Source: Polyangiaceae bacterium | Lineage (GTDB): Bacteria > Myxococcota_A > Polyangia > Polyangiales > Polyangiaceae | Length of the DNA stretch: 64,000 bases | Assembly: GCA_965222375.1 (NCBI GenBank) | Contig: CBDCTZ010000009.1 | Span: 256,001 to 320,000, forward strand | Direction of reading: 5' to 3' | In this document: piece by piece, positions 19,009 through 27,658 of the stretch | Numbering within the stretch: position 1 is the stretch's first letter | Layout: each line of letters opens with the position of its first letter | Translations under genes and position numbers: made by a program | Notes under the pieces: generated by a model | What the model was told of the DNA's origin: nothing | The model's input: the letters and a program-made list of their open reading frames with translations, nothing else | The model's database searches: none

Positions 19009-20048
19009 CAGCCCCCGTGGACGGCGTTTTCGACGGCCTCTGGGCGAGTCGGGACGGTCCTGACCAACTCCTCGATCACTTGGTCGGTCGTGACTCCGTC
19101 GGCTTCACCCTCGAAACTGCGAATCATGCGGTGCCGAAGCACTGGCAGCGCAACGCGCTGAATGTCGCTGAATGCCACCTGAGCTCGACCTTCGAGCAGG
19201 GCCAGGGCTTTGGCACACAGCACCAAGCTCTGTCCGCCGCGAACCCCCGCTGCGTACCGAATCGACCGCCCGACGAGCTCCGGCGCGGTTTTCGACTCTG
19301 GATCGCTCGCCGTGACCAGACGCGCCGCATAGCGCACAACGGGTTCGGCGATGGCGATATCGCGGCAGAGCGCGCGCAGAGCCAGAACTTCGTCTTGGTG
19401 CAACACTGCGGTTGGCGGGGCGACTGCGTGGCCCGTGGTGCGGGTCAGAATTTGCGTCAGTACGTCTTCCGCCGGGGAGGGCACCATCACCTTCAGTAGG
19501 AAGCGATCCAGCTGGGCTTCGGGAAGAGGGTAGGTGCCCTCCATCTCGATGGGGTTTTCCGTCGCAAGCACGAAGAAGGGCTCGTCCAACGCATGACGGG
19601 TGCCGGCGATGGTGACGGCATGCTCCTGCATCGCTTCGAGCAGGGCACTCTGCGTCTTGGGGGTCGCGCGGTTGATCTCGTCTGCCAGTACGACCTGGCC
19701 GAAGATGGGACCTCGGTGTAGTTCGAAGCGGCCAGCGCTGGCGCCCTGGGCGTCCATGACCAGCACGTTGGTGCCGGTCACGTCGCTGGGCATGAGATCC
19801 GGCGTGAACTGGATACGCGAGAATTGCAGATCTAGGGCGGAGGCGAGAGTGCGGACGAGCAGCGTCTTGCCCAAACCCGGGGCGCCCTCGAGCAGCACGT
19901 GTCCACCCGAGACCAGGGCCCAGAGGACCTGCTCCACGACGGCTTCCTGCCCTACGATCACCGTGGCGATGGCGGTCCGCAAACGATTGCTGGCATCTCG
20001 CGCTTGCTCGAGCCGTGCGCCAAAGGCGTCTTGAGGAGGTTGGGTCAT
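19008..20048 (-). CDS. moxR: MoxR family AAA+ ATPase
   Basis: GHVLLEGAPGLGKT, RIQFTPDLMPSDVTG, LADEINRATPKTQSALLEAMQE and NPIEMEGTYPLPEAQLDRF. Confidence 0.96.
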   Translation of the reverse strand: MTQPPQDAFGARLEQARDASNRLRTAIATVIVGQEAVVEQVLWALVSGGHVLLEGAPGLGKTLLVRTLASALDLQFSRIQFTPDLMPSDVTGTNVLVMDAQGASAGRFELHRGPIFGQVVLADEINRATPKTQSALLEAMQEHAVTIAGTRHALDEPFFVLATENPIEMEGTYPLPEAQLDRFLLKVMVPSPAEDVLTQILTRTTGHAVAPPTAVLHQDEVLALRALCRDIAIAEPVVRYAARLVTASDPESKTAPELVGRSIRYAAGVRGGQSLVLCAKALALLEGRAQVAFSDIQRVALPVLRHRMIRSFEGEADGVTTDQVIEELVRTVPTRPEAVENAVHGG

Positions 20049-20109
20049 GAGCGGCCGGGCGAGCCTAGCGCGGTTTTCGCGCTTTTTCAGCCACGGACCT
20101 CAGCCGGGC

Positions 20110-21930
20110 TCAGGGCTGGAAATACCGCCCAACCTGCTCCCGGTATTCCTCCGGCACTTCGGAACGTTCCACGCCGCTCATTTCGCCGGGGGCCACCCGG
20201 CCCAGAGCACCCTTGCCCGCTCGGTTGGCGGTCTCACCTGGGCGCGCGGCAGAGCGGCCCAGGGTCGTGCCGTGTAGCGGCGCACCTGGGTTCACCTTGG
20301 CTTGCGCCTTGGAGCGAAGCTCCTTGCCCGAGAGCTTTGGAGTCTTGCCCTTGTGGTCGCCCTTGCCTTTGTCCTTCTTGCTGCCTGGTCCGCCAGCCTG
20401 ATTGCCCGCCTTGTTCTGTCCTTTGCCTTGGCCCGGCTTGGTGCCTTTGCCTTTGCCTTGCTGACCTGGCTGTTGACCGGGGGCTGGCCCACCTTGCTGC
20501 GGGATCGGCATTCCGAGCCCACGCTCGGCCTGTGCGCCGCCGCGATCCGCGTCGCCGAGGCCTTTTTCTCGTTCCGCGCTCTTGCTGGGATCCTCTTTCG
20601 CCATCTCGCGCAGCTGCTCTTGCAACTGCTTTTGCCCTTCCGGGGTCGCGAGGCGCTTCTGCAACTCCTCTAGTTGCTGTTTGGTCATCGGGTCCATGGT
20701 CCCGTTCCGACCGTTCTTCTCGAGCTGCTTTTTGAGCTTCTCAGCCAAGCGTTTGCGCTCTTCCTCAGTCAGACCCTCGAGGGCCTTGTTGAGAGACTCC
20801 GCCAGGCGCTTCTGCGCTTCCGGGCTGCCGGAGCTGCCAAACTCTTCCAGATCCTCCAACTGCTCCGGGGTGAGCTTGCCAGCGTCGCCCAAGGCTTTGC
20901 CCAGCTCGCGAAGTGCTTCGGCTTTGCTCTCACGCTCTTCGAACTTCTTCTGCTGCTCTTCCAAGGCCTGGGCGAGCCCCTTGGCTCCCTTGTCCTTGGC
21001 GGCCTTCTTGGCTTCCTCTAGCGCTTTCTTGGCCTCTTTCCGGGCGTCTTCTTCGGCCAGGTTCGCCAATCGGCGCATCTCTCGATCGAAAGCGACCAGG
21101 TCCCCATCGCCCAGGGCCTTGGCTGCGTCCTTGAGATGCGGGCTCTTGTTGAGCTTGGCTACCGCGGCTTCGAGGCCTGGGCGGTTCTTTTCGTCGGTGA
21201 GTTGGAGTCGCTCGGAAGCGATGTCGTCTCGGAGCTTGGCGATGCGGGACTGGGCTTCCCGCTTCTCCATTCCTTTCGCCAAATCGCTACGGAGTTTCTT
21301 TGCCTCCTCGGCGATCTTTTTCAGGCGCTCCTCCTGCGCAGCGTCCCTCGGGTCGAGCTTCTCCAGGGCCTCGATCTTCTCCAAGCCCATGAGCTCCGCG
21401 AGCTTGACCATCTCGGCACCGGGTGGCGCGTCGGGCGGTGGAGGAGCGGGCCTGAGCGGAATCAGGCATAGGTAGATCGCAGCGGCGGCACCCAAGGGAC
21501 CGATCAGCTGCAGCCTGGACAGGATCTTCGGCCGAGCACGTTTCGCCTCGGGGCTTGCCAAGGCTTCTGCGGCATCTCGAATCACTACGTGGTTGGCGCC
21601 TTCGTCGGAGTCGAGTTCGACAGCAGTGCTGATGGCTTCCCTCGAGTCGAGCTTCGCATCCAGATACAAGGCGACGTGGGAATCACTCCAGCGCTTTCGG
21701 GTAGCTATCCACAGGCCGAACAGACCACCCACGAACGACAGGCCCAGAGCCCACGGTCGATACGCGCCGAGGCGCTGCCACCACAGAGCGAGGGCGGCCA
21801 GAGCTGCCAGAGCGAGACCAATACACAGTCCGTTCAGTACTCTCCGGGCCAGCAGGCGTGTCCGCACACGGCGCGAGACGCGAGAAAACCGCCCTGAAAA
21901 TTCGGGAGCGCCGGGCTCGGGAGAGGCCAT
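20110..21930 (-). CDS. Membrane-anchored long coiled-coil protein
   Basis: Start reset to ATG 21930 (MASPEPG), since the ORF-track start overlaps panB. Three TM helices, an E/K/A/L coiled coil, a G/K/Q-rich linker and C-terminal VPEEYREQVGRYFQ. Confidence 0.8.
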   Translation of the reverse strand: MASPEPGAPEFSGRFSRVSRRVRTRLLARRVLNGLCIGLALAALAALALWWQRLGAYRPWALGLSFVGGLFGLWIATRKRWSDSHVALYLDAKLDSREAISTAVELDSDEGANHVVIRDAAEALASPEAKRARPKILSRLQLIGPLGAAAAIYLCLIPLRPAPPPPDAPPGAEMVKLAELMGLEKIEALEKLDPRDAAQEERLKKIAEEAKKLRSDLAKGMEKREAQSRIAKLRDDIASERLQLTDEKNRPGLEAAVAKLNKSPHLKDAAKALGDGDLVAFDREMRRLANLAEEDARKEAKKALEEAKKAAKDKGAKGLAQALEEQQKKFEERESKAEALRELGKALGDAGKLTPEQLEDLEEFGSSGSPEAQKRLAESLNKALEGLTEEERKRLAEKLKKQLEKNGRNGTMDPMTKQQLEELQKRLATPEGQKQLQEQLREMAKEDPSKSAEREKGLGDADRGGAQAERGLGMPIPQQGGPAPGQQPGQQGKGKGTKPGQGKGQNKAGNQAGGPGSKKDKGKGDHKGKTPKLSGKELRSKAQAKVNPGAPLHGTTLGRSAARPGETANRAGKGALGRVAPGEMSGVERSEVPEEYREQVGRYFQP

Positions 21931-22044
21931 GTCACCCAAATTAACGCCGCTTTGGCCCCGGCGCCACTGCCAGAAGTGCAGCAGCTGCAGTCTGCGGGGT
22001 TTTGCGGCAGATGGAAAACCAGATAAGGAGGCCCCGAGAGCTCC

Positions 22045-22941
22045 ATGACCGACAAAGTGACCGTTCCGGCGGTTCGCGCCCGCAAACGCAAGGGGCCGAA
22101 GATCGCCATGCTGACCGCCTACGACGCGACGATGGCGCGGCTGCTCGATCAGGGTGGCGCTGACATTCTGCTCGTCGGGGATTCTCTGGGCATGGTGGTG
22201 CAAGGTCTCAACAACACATTGCCCGTGACGGTTGAGGAGATCTGCTACCACGGTCGCGCCGTCGCCCGTGCGGCGCGTCGCGCGCAGATTGTCGGGGACA
22301 TGCCATTCATGTCGTTCCAGGTCTCATCCGAAAAGGCGTTGGAGGCCGCCGGAGACATGCTCAAGACCGGCGCCTTCGAAGCTGTCAAGCTCGAAGGTGG
22401 CCAGACAGTTGCGGAACACGTGCACCGAATCGTGAGCGCAGGGATTCCTGTCATGGGTCATGTGGGGCTGACTCCCCAATCCGTGCACGCCATGGGTGGA
22501 TTTCGCGTTCAGGGGCAGCAAGAAGAGGCCGCCGCGCGAGTCGTGGCGGATGCCAAAGCGCTCGAAGAGGCAGGCGCGTACAGCATCGTGCTCGAAGGCC
22601 TCCCCGCAGATCTAGGGCGTCGCATCACGGAGAGTGTGGACATCCCGACCATTGGCATCGGTGCCGGGCCCCACTGTGATGGGCAAGTCCTGGTCTGCTA
22701 TGACTTCCTGGGTTTGTACCGAGACATCAAACCCAAATTCGTCAAACGCTTTGCTGAACTAGGCGATGCTGTCGTGGCCGCGACCGAGGACTATGTGCGA
22801 GAGGTCCAGAGCGGGAACTTCCCGGATGCCGCCCACAGCTTTGGCATGAAGAAAGAGAAGAGGCCGGGGGATCCCACCGGAACCAAATCCGTGGTCCGGA
22901 GTACCCCACCGGGCTACGGGCCAGCGAGCGACGAGGGCTAG
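22045..22941 (+). CDS. panB: 3-methyl-2-oxobutanoate hydroxymethyltransferase
   Basis: MLTAYDA, ILLVGDSLGMV, DMPFMS, VKLEGG, GHVGLTPQ and PTIGIGAG...DGQVLV. Confidence 0.97.
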   Translation: MTDKVTVPAVRARKRKGPKIAMLTAYDATMARLLDQGGADILLVGDSLGMVVQGLNNTLPVTVEEICYHGRAVARAARRAQIVGDMPFMSFQVSSEKALEAAGDMLKTGAFEAVKLEGGQTVAEHVHRIVSAGIPVMGHVGLTPQSVHAMGGFRVQGQQEEAAARVVADAKALEEAGAYSIVLEGLPADLGRRITESVDIPTIGIGAGPHCDGQVLVCYDFLGLYRDIKPKFVKRFAELGDAVVAATEDYVREVQSGNFPDAAHSFGMKKEKRPGDPTGTKSVVRSTPPGYGPASDEG

Positions 22942-23810
22942 TGCAAGTCGAGCGCTCTGCGCAAGCGTACCAACAGGCATGCGAATCCCTGCGCCGCTCC
23001 GGGCAGCGGATCGCACTGGTGCCGACCATGGGCGCATTGCACGCGGGCCACCTGGCCCTGGTGAACGAGGCGAAGCGACGTGCGGACGCTGCCATCGTCA
23101 CGTTGTTCGTCAACCCCACACAGTTCGGCCCCAAGGAAGACTTTGGCGCCTACCCGCGTTCTCTGGAAGCAGATTTGGAGAAGTGTGGGGATCACGGAGT
23201 CGCCGTGGCCTTCGCCCCGCCGGTGGAGGCCATGTACCCCGAAGGAGAATCGACACGTGTCTCCGTGTCCGGGCTGACAGACCATCTGTGCGGCAGTAGT
23301 CGCCCGGGCCATTTCGAAGGCGTGGCAACCATCGTTACCAAGCTGTTTGCTCTGACCGGTGCATGCGTCGCCGTGTTTGGACGCAAGGACTACCAGCAGC
23401 TCAAGGTGGTCGAACGACTGGCCTGGGATCTGTGTTTGCCTGTCGAGGTGGTTGGACACCCCACCGTGCGGGAAGGGGACGGTCTGGCGCTGTCGTCGCG
23501 GAACGCATACTTGAGCCAGACCGAACGCCAGCAGGCGCTGGCGATCCCCGAGGCACTCTCCCAAGCCGTGCGCCGGTTCGCAGCAGGGGAACGGAGCGCT
23601 GGGGTGATCCTCCAGGCGGTGCGGGAGCGGCTCAGTCAGGCTGAACTTCGGCCGGACTATGCCGTTTTGGCGGATCCGGACGTGGTCACGCCCCTCGCGC
23701 TTGATGCGCGACTGCCCGATCGCAGCCTGCTGGCGGTTGCCGCGTTTGCTGGCTCCACGCGGCTCATCGATAATGCAGTGCTCGGAGAGGATCAGGCGCC
23801 GATACCATGA
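22941..23810 (+). CDS. panC: Pantoate--beta-alanine ligase
   Basis: VPTMGALHAGH, FVNPTQF, SRPGHFEGV, FGRKDYQQ, REGDGLALSSRN and TRLIDN. Confidence 0.97.
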   Translation: MQVERSAQAYQQACESLRRSGQRIALVPTMGALHAGHLALVNEAKRRADAAIVTLFVNPTQFGPKEDFGAYPRSLEADLEKCGDHGVAVAFAPPVEAMYPEGESTRVSVSGLTDHLCGSSRPGHFEGVATIVTKLFALTGACVAVFGRKDYQQLKVVERLAWDLCLPVEVVGHPTVREGDGLALSSRNAYLSQTERQQALAIPEALSQAVRRFAAGERSAGVILQAVRERLSQAELRPDYAVLADPDVVTPLALDARLPDRSLLAVAAFAGSTRLIDNAVLGEDQAPIP

Positions 23811-24472
23811 CCCAGTCTCAGCGGCCGTTTCCCGGTGTGTTCATCGTGCTCGAAGGCATCGATGGTGCCGGCACGACCACCCACGCGAAGCGGCTCAGCA
23901 AGTCTCTAGCCAAGGACGGTAGGGACGTGCGGCTGACCTGCGAACCGACAACGGGCCCGGTGGGCGCATTGATCCGCCAAGTGCTTCAAAAGCGACTCTT
24001 CGTTCCCGGTACAAGTGGCCCTCGGGCCTTCGCCTGGTCGACCATGGCGCTGCTATTCTCGGCCGATCGCCTCGACCACCTGGACTCCTACGTGGTTCCA
24101 GGATTGCGGGACGGTGCCATCGTCATATCCGATCGTTACGATCTCTCGAGTTTGGCCTACCAATCGGTGACGGCGCCCGAGGAAGATTCCGCCATTGCTT
24201 GGATCCGTGAGCTCAACGCCCGGGCGCTACGCCCTGATCTAACACTGGTCTTGGATATTCCTGCGGAGCGCGCAGCCGAACGTAGGCGCTCCCGAGGCTC
24301 CACGGAAGAGCTTTTCGAAGACCCGATCATTCAGCGCCGCCTTGTGGACGTCTACAAGCGAGCCGAGAGCCTCGTGCCCGATGACCACGTCGTGCATCTC
24401 TCCAGCGACGGTGAGGTCGAAGAGGTCGCGGCCCGAATTCTGGAAGTCGCGCTTTCCGTGGCCAACGCCTGA
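23807..24472 (+). CDS. tmk: Thymidylate kinase
   Basis: FIVLEGIDGAGTTT, EPT, LLFSADR, ISDRY..SSLAYQ and PDLTLVLD. Confidence 0.9.
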   Translation: MTQSQRPFPGVFIVLEGIDGAGTTTHAKRLSKSLAKDGRDVRLTCEPTTGPVGALIRQVLQKRLFVPGTSGPRAFAWSTMALLFSADRLDHLDSYVVPGLRDGAIVISDRYDLSSLAYQSVTAPEEDSAIAWIRELNARALRPDLTLVLDIPAERAAERRRSRGSTEELFEDPIIQRRLVDVYKRAESLVPDDHVVHLSSDGEVEEVAARILEVALSVANA

Positions 24473-24546
24473 AAAAACGCCGGCACTTTTTGGGACAGCG
24501 TCGACAATTTTGCCCGCGGTGCGAAGGTTGCTCATATTCCCCGGTC

Positions 24547-25047
24547 ATGAGGACAGCAGCGCCCACTTTCCTATTGCTCGGATGCCTCGCGGCTTGCGCT
24601 TGCAGCAGCGGGAACCAGGCCGCGGCCCATGACCCCAGCATGGACGGTGAGCCTGCGCCACTTCCCGAGCCCGTGGCCAAGGACAAACTGAAGCGCAGTG
24701 AAGTGGTTGCCGCAGTGGATCAAGGTCTCGGGCGCTTCCTGCAGCACGTGGAGGTCGAGCCGAGCTTGGCGGGCGGTCGCTTCGTCGGGTTTCGCATCGT
24801 GGGTCTGCGACCCGCGGAATACTGGGCAGGTGTCGACCTCATGCCTGGCGACGTAGTCACGCGCGTCAACGGTCGCAGCATCGAGCGCGACACTGACGCC
24901 TACAAGACGTTTCAGTCGCTCAAGTCCGCGACGGAACTGCGCGTGACGTTCATGCGGGGCGGGCAAGAGCGGGAGCTGGTGTTGCCCATCGTTGACGATG
25001 TGGCGCCGCCCAAGGCGAAGAAGAAGAACCAGATAGACGCAGGCTGA
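24547..25047 (+). CDS. PDZ-domain lipoprotein (resembles the GspC C-terminal PDZ)
   Basis: ATG 24547 gives a lipobox (CLAACA-C). PDZ-like GFRIVGL...DLMPGDVVTRVNG...RGG. Confidence 0.75.
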   Translation: MRTAAPTFLLLGCLAACACSSGNQAAAHDPSMDGEPAPLPEPVAKDKLKRSEVVAAVDQGLGRFLQHVEVEPSLAGGRFVGFRIVGLRPAEYWAGVDLMPGDVVTRVNGRSIERDTDAYKTFQSLKSATELRVTFMRGGQERELVLPIVDDVAPPKAKKKNQIDAG

Positions 25048-25060
25048 GAAGCCGCGGCGG

Positions 25061-26197
25061 TCAACGCTCTAGCTGAAAATCAGCGACGGCGTCCATGAGG
25101 GACCCAAAGCGCTTGCGGGTGAAGTGCGCGCCGCTGGTGACCCAGTCCACATGCTCCCGAGGCTGCTCGTCGTCCTGGAAATGCCCCAGCACGTCCAAGT
25201 GATCGGCCTCACCGCACCAGAGCAGCTTGCCCCAGAGCATGCTGAGCGTCGGCACGATGCCGTCGTTGGAACGAGCGTTGAGCTCGCCGCTCATCTCACT
25301 ACGCAACCTGCGGGCGTCCTCGGAGTCGGGCACCGCGTAGGGGTACATCTTGTGCTCCTGACTGGTGAAGCCATACAGCGTCGAGAACATCGCAGCAGTG
25401 AGAGCGGCGTAGGGAGAGCGGACGCGCTTGGCGAAACGCAAGGCTTCCGGAGCTGGCGCCGAGGTGACCACGCAGCCGTAGCGCACCGTGGGGTCGTCCT
25501 CGGCGGCCGCGTTGAACAGATCCATCGCCTCCGGCATGGTTTGAACCACTGCACCTTGGTCGATTCGGACCTTGGATAGGAATTCCATGACCTCTTCACG
25601 GCCCTCGCGGTCGACGAAGCGCAGAATCAAGCTCGTACCGCGGGATACCAGTTTGAGATCCCCGCCAACCAGTTGTTCGACCCCGCCCAGAGTCGCCAGC
25701 AACTTGGAGAAGACCGCCAACGAGGGTTCGCCCAGGGTCAGGGACACCACTGTGAGTAGGCTCAGCGCATAGAGCACTCGCGTGCCGCTGACGGTGGCGA
25801 AGTACGACGCGAGGGGTGTGCCGAAATGCGGTGTGTTGAGCGTGACCGCGGTAGCCACGCGGGGCCGCCAGCTGAGGCGGTCGGGATCGTCGGTCCTCAG
25901 ATCCGTAGTGGGCGAAAGCAGCAGGCGAATGTCGAGCCCACCGGTGGAATGCCCGACCAGGTGTATTGGGCCGTCGTCTCCGCCGTGAGACTGCTGAATG
26001 GCCTTGGCGAGCATCTTGGCTCGAAAGCGCAACGAAGAGGTGGGCGGTGTGGGCACGACCTCGCACTCGACCTGGCATCCCGCGTCGGCGTAGCGCGCTT
26101 CCAGCGCTTCACGAACGTGATGGAAGTAGTCGTAGCCCGCGAGCTTGCCGAAACCGAACATGCCCGGGACGAAATAGACGCGGTGCAACTTTGCCAT
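25061..26197 (-). CDS. Alpha/beta-hydrolase (triacylglycerol lipase-like)
   Basis: FVPGMFG oxyanion region, nucleophile HLVGHSTGG, TPHFGTP, NDGIVP and DHLDV. Confidence 0.85.
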   Translation of the reverse strand: MAKLHRVYFVPGMFGFGKLAGYDYFHHVREALEARYADAGCQVECEVVPTPPTSSLRFRAKMLAKAIQQSHGGDDGPIHLVGHSTGGLDIRLLLSPTTDLRTDDPDRLSWRPRVATAVTLNTPHFGTPLASYFATVSGTRVLYALSLLTVVSLTLGEPSLAVFSKLLATLGGVEQLVGGDLKLVSRGTSLILRFVDREGREEVMEFLSKVRIDQGAVVQTMPEAMDLFNAAAEDDPTVRYGCVVTSAPAPEALRFAKRVRSPYAALTAAMFSTLYGFTSQEHKMYPYAVPDSEDARRLRSEMSGELNARSNDGIVPTLSMLWGKLLWCGEADHLDVLGHFQDDEQPREHVDWVTSGAHFTRKRFGSLMDAVADFQLER

Positions 26198-26200
26198 GGT

Positions 26201-27610
26201 TCACTTCCCGCCGGTAAGCCAGCTCTTCGGCAGGATTTCGACCGAGAAGAGCCACACTGCAAGCACTGCCAAGGGCACTACGAAACGCAGGGTGAAGAGC
26301 CACACCCCGTAGAAGCGCCCAAGCTTGGAGCCCAACTCGAACTCTTCGCGCCTCATCTTTTCCGGCATGGCCCAGCCAACGAAGAGCGCAATGAACAGCC
26401 CGCCCAGCGGCAACAGCCAGTTGGACGCCAGGTAGTCCATGGAGTCGAAGAAGTTCTTGCCGAATAGCGCTGGCCACTTGCCGAATAGCGAGCCGGAGCC
26501 ACTCAGGGCCGACGGAATGCCAAATAGGAAAATCGCGGCGCCGCAGGTCATGACCGCGCGGCGCCGGGGCCAGCCCAATTGGTCGATGACCGTGCTGGCG
26601 ACGACTTCCAGCAAAGATATTGCGCTGGTGAGGGCGGCGAAAAAGAGCAACGCGAAGAAGACGATGGTCAGCACCATGCCGCCCCCCATTTGGGATAGCG
26701 CGATGGGCATGCTCTTGAAAACCAACCCGGGCCCGGCCTCGGGCTCCATCCCGAAGCTGAAGATGATCGGGAACAGCACGACGCAGGCCATCAGCGCCAC
26801 GATCGTGTCCAGCACGCTCACGAGCATCGAAGATGCAACTAGATCCCGGTCCTTCGGCAGATAGGAGCCGTAGGTCAGCATGGCGCCCATGCCGAGACTC
26901 AGGGTGAAGAAGGAATGGCCCAGAGCTTCCAGAATGCCGGCGGGGCTGAGCTTCTCGGAGTGGGGCGCGAACAAGAAACCCATGGCGCGGCCGAAGCCCG
27001 GCTGAAAAGCGGCGTCGATCACGAAAGCCAGCATCATGATCAACAGCGCGGGCATCAGCACTCGGGCCCATGCTTCGATTCCGCGCTGGACTCCACCAAT
27101 GACGATGCCAATGGTGGTGAGCATGAAGATAAAGTGCCAGAAGATGTTGATGTCACCGGCGCCGTAGAGCACGCCGAAGGCTTGACCGATCTGCTCCGCG
27201 TTCTTGTCAGCGAAGAAGCGGTTGATGCTCATGAAGGTGTAGTTGAGCGTCCAGCCAGCAACGACGCTGTAATACGAGAGGATGACGAATCCGGCGACCA
27301 CGCCCATCCAACCCACGAGGCGCCACGCGGTCTGCTCGCCGAGGATCCGGCCGAAGGCGCCCGCCGGGGAGCGCTGGGCTCTGCGACCAATGAGCACTTC
27401 GGCAATCATCACCGGTAGGCCCACCACGGCGATGCACGCCAGGTAGATCAACACGAATAGGCCACCACCGTTTTCGCCGGCGATGTAGGGAAACTTCCAA
27501 ACATTGCCCAAACCGACCGCGGAGCCCGCGGCAGCGAGAACGAACCCCAACCTGCTGCTCCACTGGCCGCGGGACGTGGTGGCTTTTGATGGCTTCGGGC
27601 TATCGGTCAT
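26201..27610 (-). CDS. Sodium-dependent transporter, neurotransmitter:sodium symporter (SNF/NSS) family
   Basis: WSSRLGFVLAAAGSAVGLGNVWKFPY...NGGG, FFTLSLGMGAMLTYGSY and GPGLVF. Confidence 0.96.
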   Translation of the reverse strand: MTDSPKPSKATTSRGQWSSRLGFVLAAAGSAVGLGNVWKFPYIAGENGGGLFVLIYLACIAVVGLPVMIAEVLIGRRAQRSPAGAFGRILGEQTAWRLVGWMGVVAGFVILSYYSVVAGWTLNYTFMSINRFFADKNAEQIGQAFGVLYGAGDINIFWHFIFMLTTIGIVIGGVQRGIEAWARVLMPALLIMMLAFVIDAAFQPGFGRAMGFLFAPHSEKLSPAGILEALGHSFFTLSLGMGAMLTYGSYLPKDRDLVASSMLVSVLDTIVALMACVVLFPIIFSFGMEPEAGPGLVFKSMPIALSQMGGGMVLTIVFFALLFFAALTSAISLLEVVASTVIDQLGWPRRRAVMTCGAAIFLFGIPSALSGSGSLFGKWPALFGKNFFDSMDYLASNWLLPLGGLFIALFVGWAMPEKMRREEFELGSKLGRFYGVWLFTLRFVVPLAVLAVWLFSVEILPKSWLTGGK

Positions 27611-27658
27611 GGGCGGCGCGGGAGCATACCCGAAAGCGCTTTCAGACCAGAATGCTTG

